Source: Convolutriloba macropyga (Eukaryota). Taken from it: a stretch of DNA of 64,000 nucleotides. The notes beneath the pieces were generated by a model, which saw nothing but the letters and a program-made list of their open reading frames with translations, searched no databases and was not told the origin of the DNA. A program made the position numbers and the translations under genes. The stretch spans positions 40,300,001 to 40,364,000 of the forward strand of contig NC_134468.1 of NCBI RefSeq assembly GCF_964194025.1, in the 5' to 3' direction. Shown in pieces: positions 38,668 through 52,240 of the stretch. Position 1 is the stretch's first letter. Each line of letters starts with the position of its first letter.

Positions 38668-39536
38668 AAGTGCTATTGTGAATTGGTTTTCACACAATTT
38701 TAGTACGAAGTGGCATTTTATGTTTTTTCAACATCCGCGCACTTAATTTTCAAAAATGTTTTGGCTTTAGTCAAGGGTTTTTCATTTTTTTCCACTTGTC
38801 CCGTTTTCCAAAGAATAAAAACGTATTGAGTATAATTATAAAGTTGAATTTGGTTGTACAAATTGTGGCATCAAAACGTTTTGCAGAAATTAGCGTTCTG
38901 TCTTTGTGACATTTTGTCTTTATTTTGCGCATGTGCGTTATTATATGATTTGATAACCAATTTGTTTGATAAATCGTTAGATAATTTTGACAACTCTTTA
39001 AGGGAAGTATGATTTATGTCTCGTTTGAGGTACGTTTTGATTAGCTTCGATAATTTCTATTTCATTTTATCGAATTTTGCTTCCTCAGTTTATATTTTCA
39101 CGAGAATGCAACGGTCACTTGATTGACTTCTGCACACTCTTACAAATCTAAATTGATAATTTAAACTTCAATCAAAAATAAATAGAGGCCGCTGAAGCGT
39201 GATAAAAATTACATGATTACTTAAAATTAATTACTGTTTGCGTAGTTAGAAAATGGGATAGAGGTTAATTTCTAGACATCACATTTTGTTATTTGGAAAA
39301 ATTTGAGTGACAAAATTGCATTAGAGTTAATTTTAAATCAGTTTTTTTTTCGTTTTTTATAATATTGTGATCTTGTGAAATGGAAAAAAAATGATATCAC
39401 TGAACTTTTTTTTGTTTACACGTCTGCCCTTTTTGGAAATCTATCAACATTTAATTATATTTCTATACTGAAGATATACCTCTTCTTCCATTGTTAGCGA
39501 AGTAGGCTATAAATGTGGATGAGCAAAATGGGATAA

Positions 39537-39700
39537 TTATGTGCCATGGCACATAAGCGAACCAACTTTTTTCTAGTGAACAATCTTTTTTCAGGGAGCA
39601 GAGTACATTCGTTGAAAAAAAGAAAGTAATTCTGATTACTTTTTCTTTTTTTCAACGAATATACTCTGCTCCCCGAAAAAAGATGGTTCTCTAGAAAAAA
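39537..39700. repeat. Adjacent palindromes: perfect 20-bp plus a ~134-bp foldback
   Basis: ttatgtgccatggcacataa (39537-39556); arms about 39567-39630 and 39635-39700 around a tctg loop. Confidence 0.9.
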
Positions 39701-39854
39701 GGAACTCAAAAGGGGTGAGGAAGCTAAAATGCTCAGCTCAAACACGCGAAAACGGTGTAAATTGTCAAAGTACAATCAAAGAGTTACTTAAAGGTATGAC
39801 AAAAATTAACTTTTTTCCTTTGTCTATATACTAGAACTTTTCTTGAATTTAAGT

Positions 39855-40555
39855 TTCTTATTTGCGTACGACACAAAAATTGATGGCTCAAAAACTGTCA
39901 AAACAATTCTATAAACTTGTTTTGATGAACCAAGAATTGAATTTTTCAAGCACGAAAACATCAGATTGAACGGGTCCAGTCGAAGGAGATCTTCGCCTAA
40001 ATATCTCCTAAAACTTTTCTTAGGACTTCCAAATTGACATTATTGTAGCGAAAGGTCTTCAGAAGCTAGTTCATATTCAACTAATTTTGCCTGCTGAAAC
40101 AAAAGTGAATGTTAAGTGTGTTCTGGTTAAAGTTGTGTGTTAATTGGATGTGTAGAAAAAGGAATCTCTCCGACTTAGACTATGTCTTAAATCTGATTAA
40201 TCAAGGCCTTCTGCCGATTTGGCACAAGCTGGTCCTCTCAGATCTCTTTGTTGAACAAAATACCTGTTGACCAGAAAATTCTAATTCCATTTGCTTTCTG
40301 TAAGATCATATCACACGACTCCAATACAAGATCCAGTAGTAATGTTTCGACTAACGCTAGGATGAGACGAAGGATGAGACAGAAGCACTGCGAGGAAAAC
40401 AATTTTATTCGTGTAGCTAAATATAGCAATGCGTTTTTATTCTCCCACAAACTTTCCTGTTCCAAACCTATATCAAAATTGAACCTCCCACAAGTGGAGC
40501 TATACCAAGATGGTGGAAACCATGCTTGGTTTGAATTCAGTTTTATTATTATTAA
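39855..40555 (+). mobile_element. Highly decayed 5'-truncated CR1-like LINE related to the copy at 2452-3430
   Basis: LFAYDTKI; KGLQKLVHIQLILPAETKVNVKCVLVK aligns with KANQKLAYLKRTIPSETKLSVKCNLVK; LLPIWHKLVLSDL with LLPITYQFVFLDL; ends in ttattattatt. Confidence 0.75.
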
Positions 40556-40556
40556 T

Positions 40557-40650
40557 ATCCTTTTCTACTATTTCGTAAACCACAAAATCTCTACTATTTC
40601 GTAAACCACAAAATCACAAATCCTTTTCTACTGTTTCGTAAACCACAAAA
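40557..40650. repeat. Short tandem repeat tctact(a/g)tttcgtaaaccacaaaa, 3 copies
   Basis: Directly visible immediately after the LINE tail. Confidence 0.85.
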
Positions 40651-43600
40651 CACTTCATTCTAATGTTTCTCATTGGGTTACACAACATACTACAATTTCT
40701 ATGAAATAAATTCTGAAAATTCCTTTTCCTCTGCACATAAATTACACAAACATAAATCATTTTCCGACCGTCAATTTTGAAATAATCATATTTTTTATGT
40801 TGAAAATAAACTACTTATAGTTTTGAAATAAATTTTTTGATGAAATTCGGATCAATGTATTTGTCAATCGATTGAACTTAAAAATTGATTGAAGTTTTTC
40901 TTTAAAAAATTTTTTAAAAAACTCTTCAATAATACCTTTTTTCAGTCGTTCAATTTAACTTAAGATTATTTGAAAGCTAGCCATGATATCCAAAAAGATC
41001 AATTAGCAGGAAAAGTTTTAAAAGAGAACGGTGGACTTCACTCGAGGCTGAAACTCCATCTGTCACAGTGCAATAGAGTTTAACTGACAAAAACTTTAAT
41101 GCAACTAGAAAATTTTTCACCTCATTCGTAAACTTAATTCGAAATTCAGCCAAGACACTCGGTCAATATCGTCACTAAATCAAGTTCTAAAATGAGCGGA
41201 ATACAAAAAATAGATGCACAATCTTAAGATTAAATTCAAGGAATTAGAGCTATGTTTATCAAATTATACTGCAAATTGCTGTTCAACAGGGAAACGCCAC
41301 ACTGACGTTGCACAGACGTCTCATCACGTAAACTCTCCACAAAATCTAAACTAATCAATTCAAAAAATTATAATTGCACCTCTCAATGTATAACTAAAAC
41401 CGCTAATGCTAAATCTGTATCAAAGTTTGCCAGCAAAAATCTATAAATGCACTGAAAGATCTTTGAGTCATTGCTATTGATAACAATCAAATTATATGAC
41501 AACTACGTAAGTACAACTAACTCCTTTCGAAAGCTAAACTGTCGTGATTTTCTTCAATTTTCTGATTTTCTCAGTAAAGTTTCTGCCGCTAATTGAAACA
41601 TCACGCAATGATTTAAACTTTACCTATGTCAGTCTAATTCCATTCTTAAACTAAACTGTTGTAAATTCTGAGACTTCCCTTTTAGAATTTTAAGTGACTT
41701 TCTTAGTAAAGTTTCTGACGACAGTTGAAGGATCCACAGTCACACCAAACAAAGTTCTCTTCATTCGCTTGAGCTGACACGCTACCGACTTGAACTGATG
41801 ATCGCTGTTGATGTCGTGACTCAGAACCCCTTTGCACTACACCAGCATTTGTGTATCGGTGGGCAAAAGTTAGTTCTTCACCCGCTTTTATATTCCTGTG
41901 GAACGAAGAGTCTGTTCAAACATTAGAATGTCGTGAATGGAATTTTATATTTCCCATTAAGTTGGCGTGCTATAAAATGGCGTTACATATGTCATATGTT
42001 TGCTTCAAAGATTTGCAGCTTTGATTGAATCAATTTGCTGGTCAGCGTTTTATAACGAATGTTATACTCAATAAGATACTCAGTAATTATGTAAAAATAT
42101 GACTTCTCCTTGACTCAGTTACTCTATTCTGTACATTTAGAACTCTCCGGTATCAAATTCTAACAAATAGTACAAAATCTTATCTCCATGTAAACACCCA
42201 TAACTTCCGTGCCCATAATCGAAAAGACCTCACTTCTTTAAAGCGATCAATGAGTGCATTTCGAGCAAAATAAGCATGTTTGTTTTACAATTCATTTGAG
42301 GGCAGTACCTTTTGGCGAAGAACGCGACCTCATGGAATCTGGTATCTCTCAGCATGTGGAATACAGGCTGCGCCACAAGATTGGGATCACAAGAATGCTG
42401 AAACAAAAACATTCAATTCACAAGTGATACAAAATTGTAAAAACATAGCCGGCAGATTGTCAGATAACAACAGCAAAAGAGACTGTTGATGCTTGTTATA
42501 ACAACCGACAAATAATTACGTATGGAACAAAAAATAGAACATATCAGAGTCTAAAACAGAAAACTATATTGGCTGCGTTTTGCCTTAGATAAGATATTAA
42601 AAAATTATAAACTTCGACTTACAAGAGCTCCGCTGATTAATTTTTATCCAGATTAGGTTAACTACATTGACCTTCGGGTCGCTTGAAAAATAAATAAAAA
42701 AGATGTAGCTTAACAAGGATGCTCAATAATGTGCGTTCGCATATGATGTTTTCCGACTCACGCTCATCTACATTTTTGACTGAACTGTCGTTTGACTTAC
42801 ATTTTTGAAAAAGAGATAGTCAAAAAAAGATATTTGACTTTAAAAAATCGTTACATAAACAAACTAATTACTGAATTAAATAATGTCATGCCTCACTACA
42901 ACGAGATCTGCCATTTAAAAAGCTACGAGAAAAAACAACAACAAAAGCAAAAACAAAAATTTCACGGTAAAAACTCATACTTAAATTCAAAAACACCTAG
43001 TAACAACGTCAAATTACAATCAGACAAAACCCTAACTAAACAAATTTTTTTTCCTAACTACAAAGCAGATCGGATCTTCCCTTAATGAGATTAGGTAACA
43101 AGTCGGCGAGAAAAAAGAAATAATGAGGCCAAATTCAAAAATCAATCAAAAATTTTTAAAACGAATATTTTCAAAAGTCTTGAAAATCATTAGCTTTTAA
43201 CGAAAAAATTCATGATGAGCTTACTAAAAGTCATAATGAAAACAATAGGACGTGTCTTTGATTAGACTAAGCCATAGGAACGGACTGAAGATTTAGAAAA
43301 ACTCAAAAAACTACGAACAAAAAATTACAAACATTGCGAAAACACAAATTAGTGAAGCCATCATTAGATATTATCGGAATGCTACGTACTTTTATTTCGA
43401 TTTCAGTTCATACTAATTCAGCTTAAATTATACTGAGTGAATAAATAAGTCCAATTGGGCCACATTTGAAAATCATTAGGATCTGTTATTACGCGGTTGT
43501 GTTTTACGCGAAACACACCACTCATATAACATTTTCAAACACGCATATTGTCTTACAAACAAAACATCAGTCACGTCATCATATCAAAAACATTTTAATT

Positions 43601-44044
43601 TTTAAAATACAGGGAAAGGTATGGGACCTCTCAAGGATGACAGTAAATTACAAGCTGACGAAAAGAACAACAAAAAACTGAAAAAATTGAAAAATCCTTA
43701 AAAATCTTAAATATGTATAATATCACAAACTTTAAGACCATTTGCTATAAACTGAATGCTTCGTGTAATATCATTCAATCAATCCTCAATAACAAGCTTA
43801 TCAGCCCGGTCAGCTTTTTACGTCTACCTAAAGAATAAAAGAAACAGGCAAAACCAGCAAAGTAAAAAAAATTGAGACACAAGAGTGTCGAAGCCATTAG
43901 AAATGATCTTTTCTGTAAAGACTTTCCTTTTTTCAATTAGTAATAGCAAAGGGATTCTTTTGTTCAACAATTTGACTCCAATAAATCAACAAACATGAAC
44001 AAATACGTTAAATCCACGAAAGTTTTGAGAAAAACATAGTATCA

Positions 44045-45100
44045 ACGCCATTTATTTCACTAGCTGTCAACGGAAGCTAATAAATACGCTAAGTTATGAT
44101 TCAATGAGGCGGCAAGGATAATTTTCATTCATAAGTCATTAATAACACATGACAACAAGTCGTTAACTATGAAAACAATAACAAATACAGGCAAAATCCA
44201 AATCATGTTGAAAAGTGCAAGAAAAAGCCGAGGTCACTTAAACCATAAGCATTTGTCTGAAAACCGAATGTATGATCAATTTAACGTCTTCTCTAAGCCA
44301 ATACAACTGTCATTCATAAGATAATTTGCTAAGATTCCAAAAGGAACCATAATTACGAAAAAAAATAGCCAAAACTTAAATTATTTACGAAAACTCGTGA
44401 ATCGAAGCCACAACTCCAATAGTTAGAAGATAAAACCACTAACCAGATTAATTTAGGCTGGAGTAGAATAGAAGGGGGCTCGTTCATTACTGGGACTGAC
44501 TTAAAGTTCACGAAAAAAAGTTTAAGATCAATTAATGTTAAAGAAAACCTCGAAAAATCAATTTTGAAGTCTTAACAGCCATTAAATTCAATAGCTTTCA
44601 ACGGAAGTCAATAAAACCGGTCAGTTATGCCTCGATTGCAGGACAAGGATAATTGTCATGCATAGGTAATCAATAAGATATAACGATAAGTCTTATGACT
44701 ACGGAAACAACAACAAAAACAGGCAAAAATCAAAAATTCTGTAGAAATATGCGAGAAGAAAGTGTCGAAGCCATTTACACCATCAACTTTTCTCTGAAAA
44801 TTTATTCATGATAAATTGAACATCTCAAGGGAGATACCATCATCAGGATAAGGTGATAAGATTTCAAAAGGAACCAATAATACAAAAATATTAAAAAAAA
44901 TTTTAAATTTTGAAATCTTGTGGCATTGAAGTCGTATAACAAATAGTTAGAAGATAAATACGCTAACCTGGTTAATTTGCTTGCACTAAAAAGGGAAGAG
45001 GGCGTCCTGTCATTACTGAGACTGATTTAAAATTCACGATAATAAGTTTATGATCGGTTAAATTTCTCGAAAAATCATTTTTAAAGTCTTACCAGCCATT
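44045..45100. repeat. Old tandem duplication, about 530-bp unit
   Basis: gccatt..ttca.tagct.tcaacggaag..aataaa, caaggataatt and atagttagaagataaa each recur about 530 bp apart. Confidence 0.75.
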
Positions 45101-48100
45101 AGCTGTCCACTAAAAGCTCTAGATAGGTTCTCTTAATGCTCATCACAAAATCAACTGCACTTTTAGTCACGAGAATAAGCCATAGGACACCAAAAATTCA
45201 GTGAAATCTCAAAAAGAAAGTCCAAATTTCATTTAAAATTACGAAAACTCAGAGTCGAAGCCAAAAGAAAACATTAGCGATTCCTTGAAAACGAATTTTT
45301 TGTTCATTGGGCTTCATTTGACTGTAAATGAAGTTTGTCATTAACCGAACCTCGATATGAAACGTAACTAGTCTCTAGGTGACTTAAAAAAAAACAAAAA
45401 AATATGAAAAGTTTTCTAAAATAGCTCTCAAATAGAATTGGAATTTTTTGAATGGTAAACTTCCCTATGAGAGCAGAACTAGTCTTTTAATCCCCATTCG
45501 TCTATTAGGAACACAAAAATGATTCATTTTGCGGCTTGAAATGTAATTTCGAATTACTATTTTTATAGAAAAAAATCTTAATTTTAAGAAAAAGTACACC
45601 AAAAGTGAACAAAATCACGCCCCATATCACGTGTTCACACATAACTTCAATCCTCGAAAACTACTGGACAAAACGAATTCCAATGTTTTGAGCTATTAAG
45701 ACGTGATCATATACATGGTTACACGAAAAATCGATGCAGATGGCAAACAGAAATTAGGCTAACCAACTGACGTGGGGCGTATTGCTCTCAAAAGACCGGC
45801 CAGCTGTTGGCTTCGTCAGTAGCTAGCCACGTTACAGTGAGGCTAGTTTAGCTCAATTGAAGGGGCTTGAATTGAGCAGGGTGCACCGGAGGGCTGATGG
45901 AGTTGGGGCAATAGTGGAGCGGCTTGGGGGGCAACAGTGGGGGGGGCAATGGTGGGAGGGTGGTTTTTGGCTGCAGGGGCCCTTACGGCCTGAACTATGT
46001 GTAGGGGTTGGGGTGAACTTATGGAAGGGGCTGATGTGGGGGGGGGGGGTTCAACTCTAAGAATCTTCCTTCACACCATAAGTATAAGTCTCTAAAACGG
46101 TTTCTGTGAATCGCATACTTGGAGACTAGTTGAAGGGCTTAATGCCCTCTGGGCGCTACCCATTTATCCCGTTTTTGACAGGACTGATATAATTGCTACA
46201 AACTTCCTTTGAGAGCAATAGATAAACAATTCTCGAGCAAACAAAAATATAGACCAAACAATGCTAAAACAGACAAACCGGAATATGAAAATGAAGAAAA
46301 AACAACAACTAAACCAAGATTTCGGTCCAAAAATACAGACGCAACTTTATCACTTTGAACGTGGAGGCTTGGTTATAATTAAAGATTGGAACCCATCGAA
46401 AGGAAAAAGCCTGATTAATTCATTGTTCCCGGACTTTACACTCGACCAATTGACCATTAGGGACCCACGTGCTTTTCAGAGACGAAACTTTTTTTATCCG
46501 TTTCTTGAACAATTTTGACTGAATGGAAAGAGTAAACTTACATTGAAGAATTTGGTGATGTTGCCGTGCGCAGAGTAGTCCAAGTAAAACAGATCCTTCT
46601 CGCCTCTTGATGCATCTAAAGCATTGATTGCATCTCGCAATTATTCAAGGACATAAAACCCGGGGAGCTCATGGCATGAAGAACATCCATGAAATAGTTG
46701 TTAGTTTATAAATAAAATTGCTCATATTTCAGGCAAATGGTCTTCAGTTCTTGTAGATCGAAGATTAAAACTCTCAAACTATTAAGTACTGTGTGAGGAG
46801 CATTACCTTGCCAGTAGGAGAAACTGTAATTAAAAATTTACATCCTCGTAAAGGTTCGTATTAGATTTTAAGGTTGATATTTTTTGTCAATCAAATGACT
46901 TTTCAGTTCATAGAAAAGGGTGTTTTGGTTTTCAAGAGAATGGTTACAGCAACCGCCAACCCCCGGCTGTACGTAAGAGATCAACGACCATGTGTAAATG
47001 ATATTTACACCCTATTTATAAAAAATGATTGTAATGACTAGCCCCACCTCTTAGAAGCCTACATAGACCATTTCAATGTTAAGAATTGCATTAGTCTGTT
47101 AACACAGGCCTTTGAACGCATAAATTTTGATCTAGGGGAGTAAACCATTTCCAAAGAGTACTTTTGTTCGTGTATGTTAGTGGACATAAAGATGTCCTAC
47201 ATGGAAAATAAAAAATACTCTGATGCTCTTTGTACCATAAGATGGAACAGAGGTGTCCTCATGTCTCAGAATCCCTCTCAGTTCATGAAGAGATTCCTCC
47301 ATGAAGGGATTGGACAACATCTGATTTTGTTCTTCATCAGTTGCTGCTTTGCAGTTGTCACTCTTCTCCTGCATTTCAACATCCTGCAGCGGTTGGATCA
47401 CGCTATCCCCAAAAGAGCTGTCATCGGATGAACTGAAACCAGAAAATGGAATCATCTGCAAGATAAGACATGATGGTGCGTTTACTATTTACCAGATGAA
47501 AAATCACCGAATTTTGATATATGTTTTTGAGATGTTCGCGTCTTTCTGCTTGGTTATGGAGGAGGGGTGGGGTGTATTCTATGTGCCCTGTGTCAGCCAA
47601 AAATAAATAATCTGTTAATCAATGATTCCGTTCAGGCGTTTCTGTACATGGATTAAGAACATACTGCTGTATAGTGAAGATATGATGATAAATCTTTCCT
47701 AAATTTGCACGACTCCTTTGTACAAGCGATGTATTTCAGGTATGCTATCAAATTGAAAGACAGATTTGACAAATATTCAATTTCTTCTAAAAGGTTGTAT
47801 TTTTCAAGAATATAATTACACTGAGGAGAATCTTTTTTGTTTACAAAAAACGGCAGCACCTTAGATTTGATTCTTCTTCTCATCAGAGACGGTAGCCCCT
47901 AAATTTTTTATGCTCAAGAAAAACAACCGTGGTGATAAGTTCATTATTGCACAATTCTTCAGTACTTAATCAACTGAAAACCTACTTTTTCAAGTTTGTT
48001 TCTGATAAATAGTTTGTTTCTGAAAATAGTTGTCAAAAACTGCACGAAGAAGCAAAAAGATTTGATGAAATAATTATACTGACAAAGCAAATGCTAAAAG

Positions 48101-49099
48101 TTGTTTGTACATGTACACAAAGTCAACACCAAGAAATGTGCAAAGTGTGCGAATATTTAGATCAGCTATACAGATACGCAACCTACTCTCAACAACACAC
48201 GTCGCATATTTAACAGAACAGCGGAATCAAATGATTAAAAGTTTTTGTCTCGAATTTCATTGATTCAAAATTTATTGGATTCGTTGCTGAGAAACAATAA
48301 ATTTGAATAGTATTTACAATTAAAGAAATTAATTTATTTCTATGTTCAACTTGAATGCCTTTTCTTGTATTAAATTCTCTACATGAACGAACAAATATTA
48401 AGCATCTTTATTTAATAGGCTAAAATACAAACTAGCAGAACTAGCAAAAAAAAATTCTGGATAACGTACATCAAAATCCACTCAAAACCAGGATTTTTAA
48501 ATTCCGATTACTATAAGCTTAAATAGCGCAGTGAAACATCTGAACAGCTTGAAGATAATTGCCCTAATATGGCCGGTAAAATCTAAATCTATGCAAAATG
48601 ATCAAATTTTCTTGCAAACACCAGTTGGCGTTACCAAAGGTGTGTTTTGGCAAGAAACTTGAAACATCATGGGCGAACTTCTAGTGAAATTAAACAAGCA
48701 AATTTCTTCTCTGCGAATTTGTAATCTGATGCTTACAATCTGTTACCTTATGATCTGTTTATAATCTGTAACCTACAATTAAAGAACAACCAACGAAACA
48801 GTGAAACAAACTCACAAAAAACCACCCAAAAAAACTTCAGCCACGAAAACCATATAAAAAACAAAAAATGCGCAAACTTTGAATATTGCTATTTCTTCAT
48901 TATCGCATTTGCGCATCATCAAAATTATACAAGACGGCTCGCTCGAGTCGGTGAATGTTCCAACCTACCTCTCAAGTTTGCAAAACAAATTGTAAAATCT
49001 GCCAGAGAAACCGTTGGGAGTATCAGAGAGCAACTTATATGCATTGGAGAAACAAACGTGTACTGTTCTAAAAAAATGCCGTTTTTTCTCAAAAGAACA

Positions 49100-50630
49100 A
49101 ATTCTAGAAGGATAACTGTAGTACAATCTGAGAGATACAGACAAATCATACAAATAAATATACAGCACACATTAATTAAAGAAACACCAGGACACAAACA
49201 CAAAGCCCAACACCAAAAAAGAAAAAAAATTTCAATCGTGTTTTGGCCAATTGGTCACTACTTAAAGTTTGTCACTGTTCATTTAAATCTGCTTTGTTTT
49301 CTTCTTACAAACTTATAGAGCTTTTGAGGCAATTGCATCGGTAACTGTAATTTTGACATTAAACGTTGGAACGTAACATTTTAAATTTCTTCAAATTTTT
49401 TTTCAATTTGATAACGCATGAGCACAACGGGACAAGTATGTTCTCAAAATCCCACAGAAGTGTTATCAGCGAGACTAAAAAACAGAGTTGCGGTATTGGA
49501 CGAAAATTAAGTCTAAGTAGTTTTTCTAATTTTTCTTTCTGACAGTTTTAGCACTCTGACGCTAGTTCTGTCTAAACTTTGAATACACTATCTCTATCTC
49601 TCATTAAATATCCCTCTCTCATAAACACATACAACACACCCGAAACACGCACACCTATAAAAACACCAACACAAGCGCGTAGACACGCAAACACATACAA
49701 ATCCATAACAATAATCTTTTTAATTTTTTTCTCTTTGTCATCCAATCGATACTTAAAACCCGTCACAGTTTACAAAAGTCTCGAATTTTTGTTGCTGGGA
49801 AACCAGGTTTCGAATTGCTGAGTCAATTGTATCGTAATAGTAAAAATGACAGTATAATCTGAAATGAAATTTTCGAATGTGCTCCAAATTTAATTGTCCT
49901 TTTTATGTTTCATGAGCATACGGTAACAATTAATTTTTCAAAACCTCGCAGGCCTATTATCCGTGAGATACAAAAACACATGGTTTGGCACTGGACATAC
50001 TTAAATCCTCAATGTGTAACAAATGAAAGTATTTTTTTCTAATTCTTTATGATTTCTGCGTTTTTGAGCTCTTCCTCTATTTGTGTTTCTAAATATTTAA
50101 CTCAAAATAACTCTTTTTCTCTCTGTCACATATATCATACAAATTGAAAACACGCAAACTCATGTACACAACCAAGAAGGCGCGCAAGCACACAAACACA
50201 CATTAAACACATACAATACTCACCACCCAAACAAAATTCAACCTTTGACATCTGATAATTGCATAATATTTGTCACCGTTTATTTGGATCGTCATGATTG
50301 CATTTTTACAAAAAATGAGGTGTGGACATCGTGAAGCGTTTGTATCGGTAATAGTAAAATTGACACTGAAATCGGAAAAGAACCTGAATTAATTCGAAAA
50401 TAATAATTTTTGTCGTTTATAATGTTCCATTAGCATAATAAGCCTATCCGCTTTTCGAAAAAAATTATGAAGACGTGTTATGTTAAAAACTAGATACAGT
50501 ATACGAAGTTTTGGTTCTAAGTATTTTTCAAAGTGCAATGCTTATCAAAACTTTCGATCTTAAGTAATTTCTAACTTTGTAATAAGTCTAACAGTTTTTG
50601 CTCTCTGCCAATAGTTGTTTTAAACATGTA
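49100..50630. repeat. Old tandem array, about 500-bp unit, about 3 copies with CA-rich segments
   Basis: atc(g)gtaa..gtaa....tgaca at about 49337, 49829, 50342, each preceded by an ACAC-rich tract. Confidence 0.55.
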
Positions 50631-52240
50631 AAGAAACGTTGCAAGCTGTTCATAACACCTCTTATTTAGTAGCTTTGAGGAGCGTTGGTTATCAGTAAAT
50701 TTAATGTTTTGTTCTATTCCATCTTTTAAGTAAGAGTATTTTTAAAGAAATAGGAAAAACTTTATAATTATGAGGACTGAAAAAGAAGAAACGTAAGTTT
50801 CAATTTACAGAAACGCCCAAAGACAGTAAAAAATCACTTCGAAGAGCAATTTTAAAATTCAGAGAAGTTTACAAAAAATTTGTCATTTTGAGCAAAAACT
50901 GTCAACCCGGCAATCCATAAATTCTCTAACTTTCACCTTCATCTATTCTTCATTATACTAGAGACGATTAGTTCGAGCTATCTGCTATGATATTATGAAG
51001 AATTAAAGAATACAATTAAATACAAGAGAAGGTTTTCCCGCTTTTTTAAAAAAATAAACTTGGTCGAACTGATGTCCATTTAATGATACTGGTTTTTTAC
51101 ATTTCCAAGTTTTTAAAAACACTCAAATAGTTAGTTTTCATTAAATGAGACTTTTTGCAAAAACAGCTCTAAAATTTTGAAAAGAATGCAATTTTTCTGC
51201 TTGTAGTTTTCCTTTCTGAAAATTGATTTTTCTATTTTTTCACGAAGTCAATAATTTCCGAAAAATTTTTGATAGAGAGCAAAAAATGCTTTGTACAATA
51301 GTTTTTAACCAGCGGAAAACACAATGACCAATAGAATTATTTTTTTTATTTTTAGACAGGAAACTGTAAAGCATCCTCCAAACATCTCCATTTAAGATAA
51401 CTATATTCACTACAAAAGTTTGACTTTGTCTCGGTCTTAAATTTCAGTGCGCTCTGCCACCCCTCCCAGAAGCTCAGCCCCCGAGCGATTGTTCTTTTTT
51501 CTTCTCAATTTTTCCGTAGAAAATTCCAGAGGTCCTCCTTTTTTTCAGACTTCTGATCATTTCTTTAAAAAAATGGAAACTAAGAACTGAGGGCTTCAAA
51601 AATTGTGCCTTTTTCTCTACGATGCGTAAACCAAAGGTCAAATCTTTTAAATAAATTGAAAACACTGAGTAAACAAAAACATCAAATTTTAAGCAAACTG
51701 ATCAAGATAAAGCGTCTTGAAAAACAAGTCAAACAAGCATCTGAAAAAGACCTCGCAGAATACAAGAAATGTTTTTCGAAGAAAAAACTTTTTGTAAAAC
51801 TTAGATAAACACAGAAATAATTAAAATATATGCAAAAACGACCTCAAAACCCCCGACCGTCCACCTTGAAAAAACAGAAGCATCAGAAGATGGTGAAAAG
51901 GCTGAAATATTCAGTCAATACGTCGCATCGGTTTTCAATAATTTTTACATACACGTCCCAAATGAACGCATGATTGAGCTTAAAACAGTTAATTACACAG
52001 AGGATTAGTTTTAGCAAAAATTACTAAAGCCGCAATTTCAAACGTGTCTTAAATTCAATGTTTCCCAAAATATTGGAAGATAAGCCAATCAACAACGATA
52101 TTCATAGAAGGCAACAAAGCTTTTGTAACTTGCCACCGTCTCATTAGCCTCCTCTGTTGCTGCTCAAAAGTTCTCAAAAAAAGTCCCTTTGATGAAAACT
52201 ATTGTTTCTCGCAATGGACATTTCACCCAAGTCGGTACGG
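50630..52240 (+). mobile_element. Decayed CR1-like LINE ORF2 fragment (APE remnant to start of RT)
   Basis: FEERWL (TETWL-like), EKAEIFSQYVASVFN, and TIFIEGNKAFVTCHRLISLLCCCSKVLKK (PIFKxGDK..NYRPISLL..SKVLEK-like). Confidence 0.6.

Noticed and set aside
41880-41985. Divergent TATA boxes (tataaaagcggg on minus, tataaaatggcg on plus)
   Set aside because: No associated ORF, exon or LTR boundaries; TATA-like words are common at this AT content.
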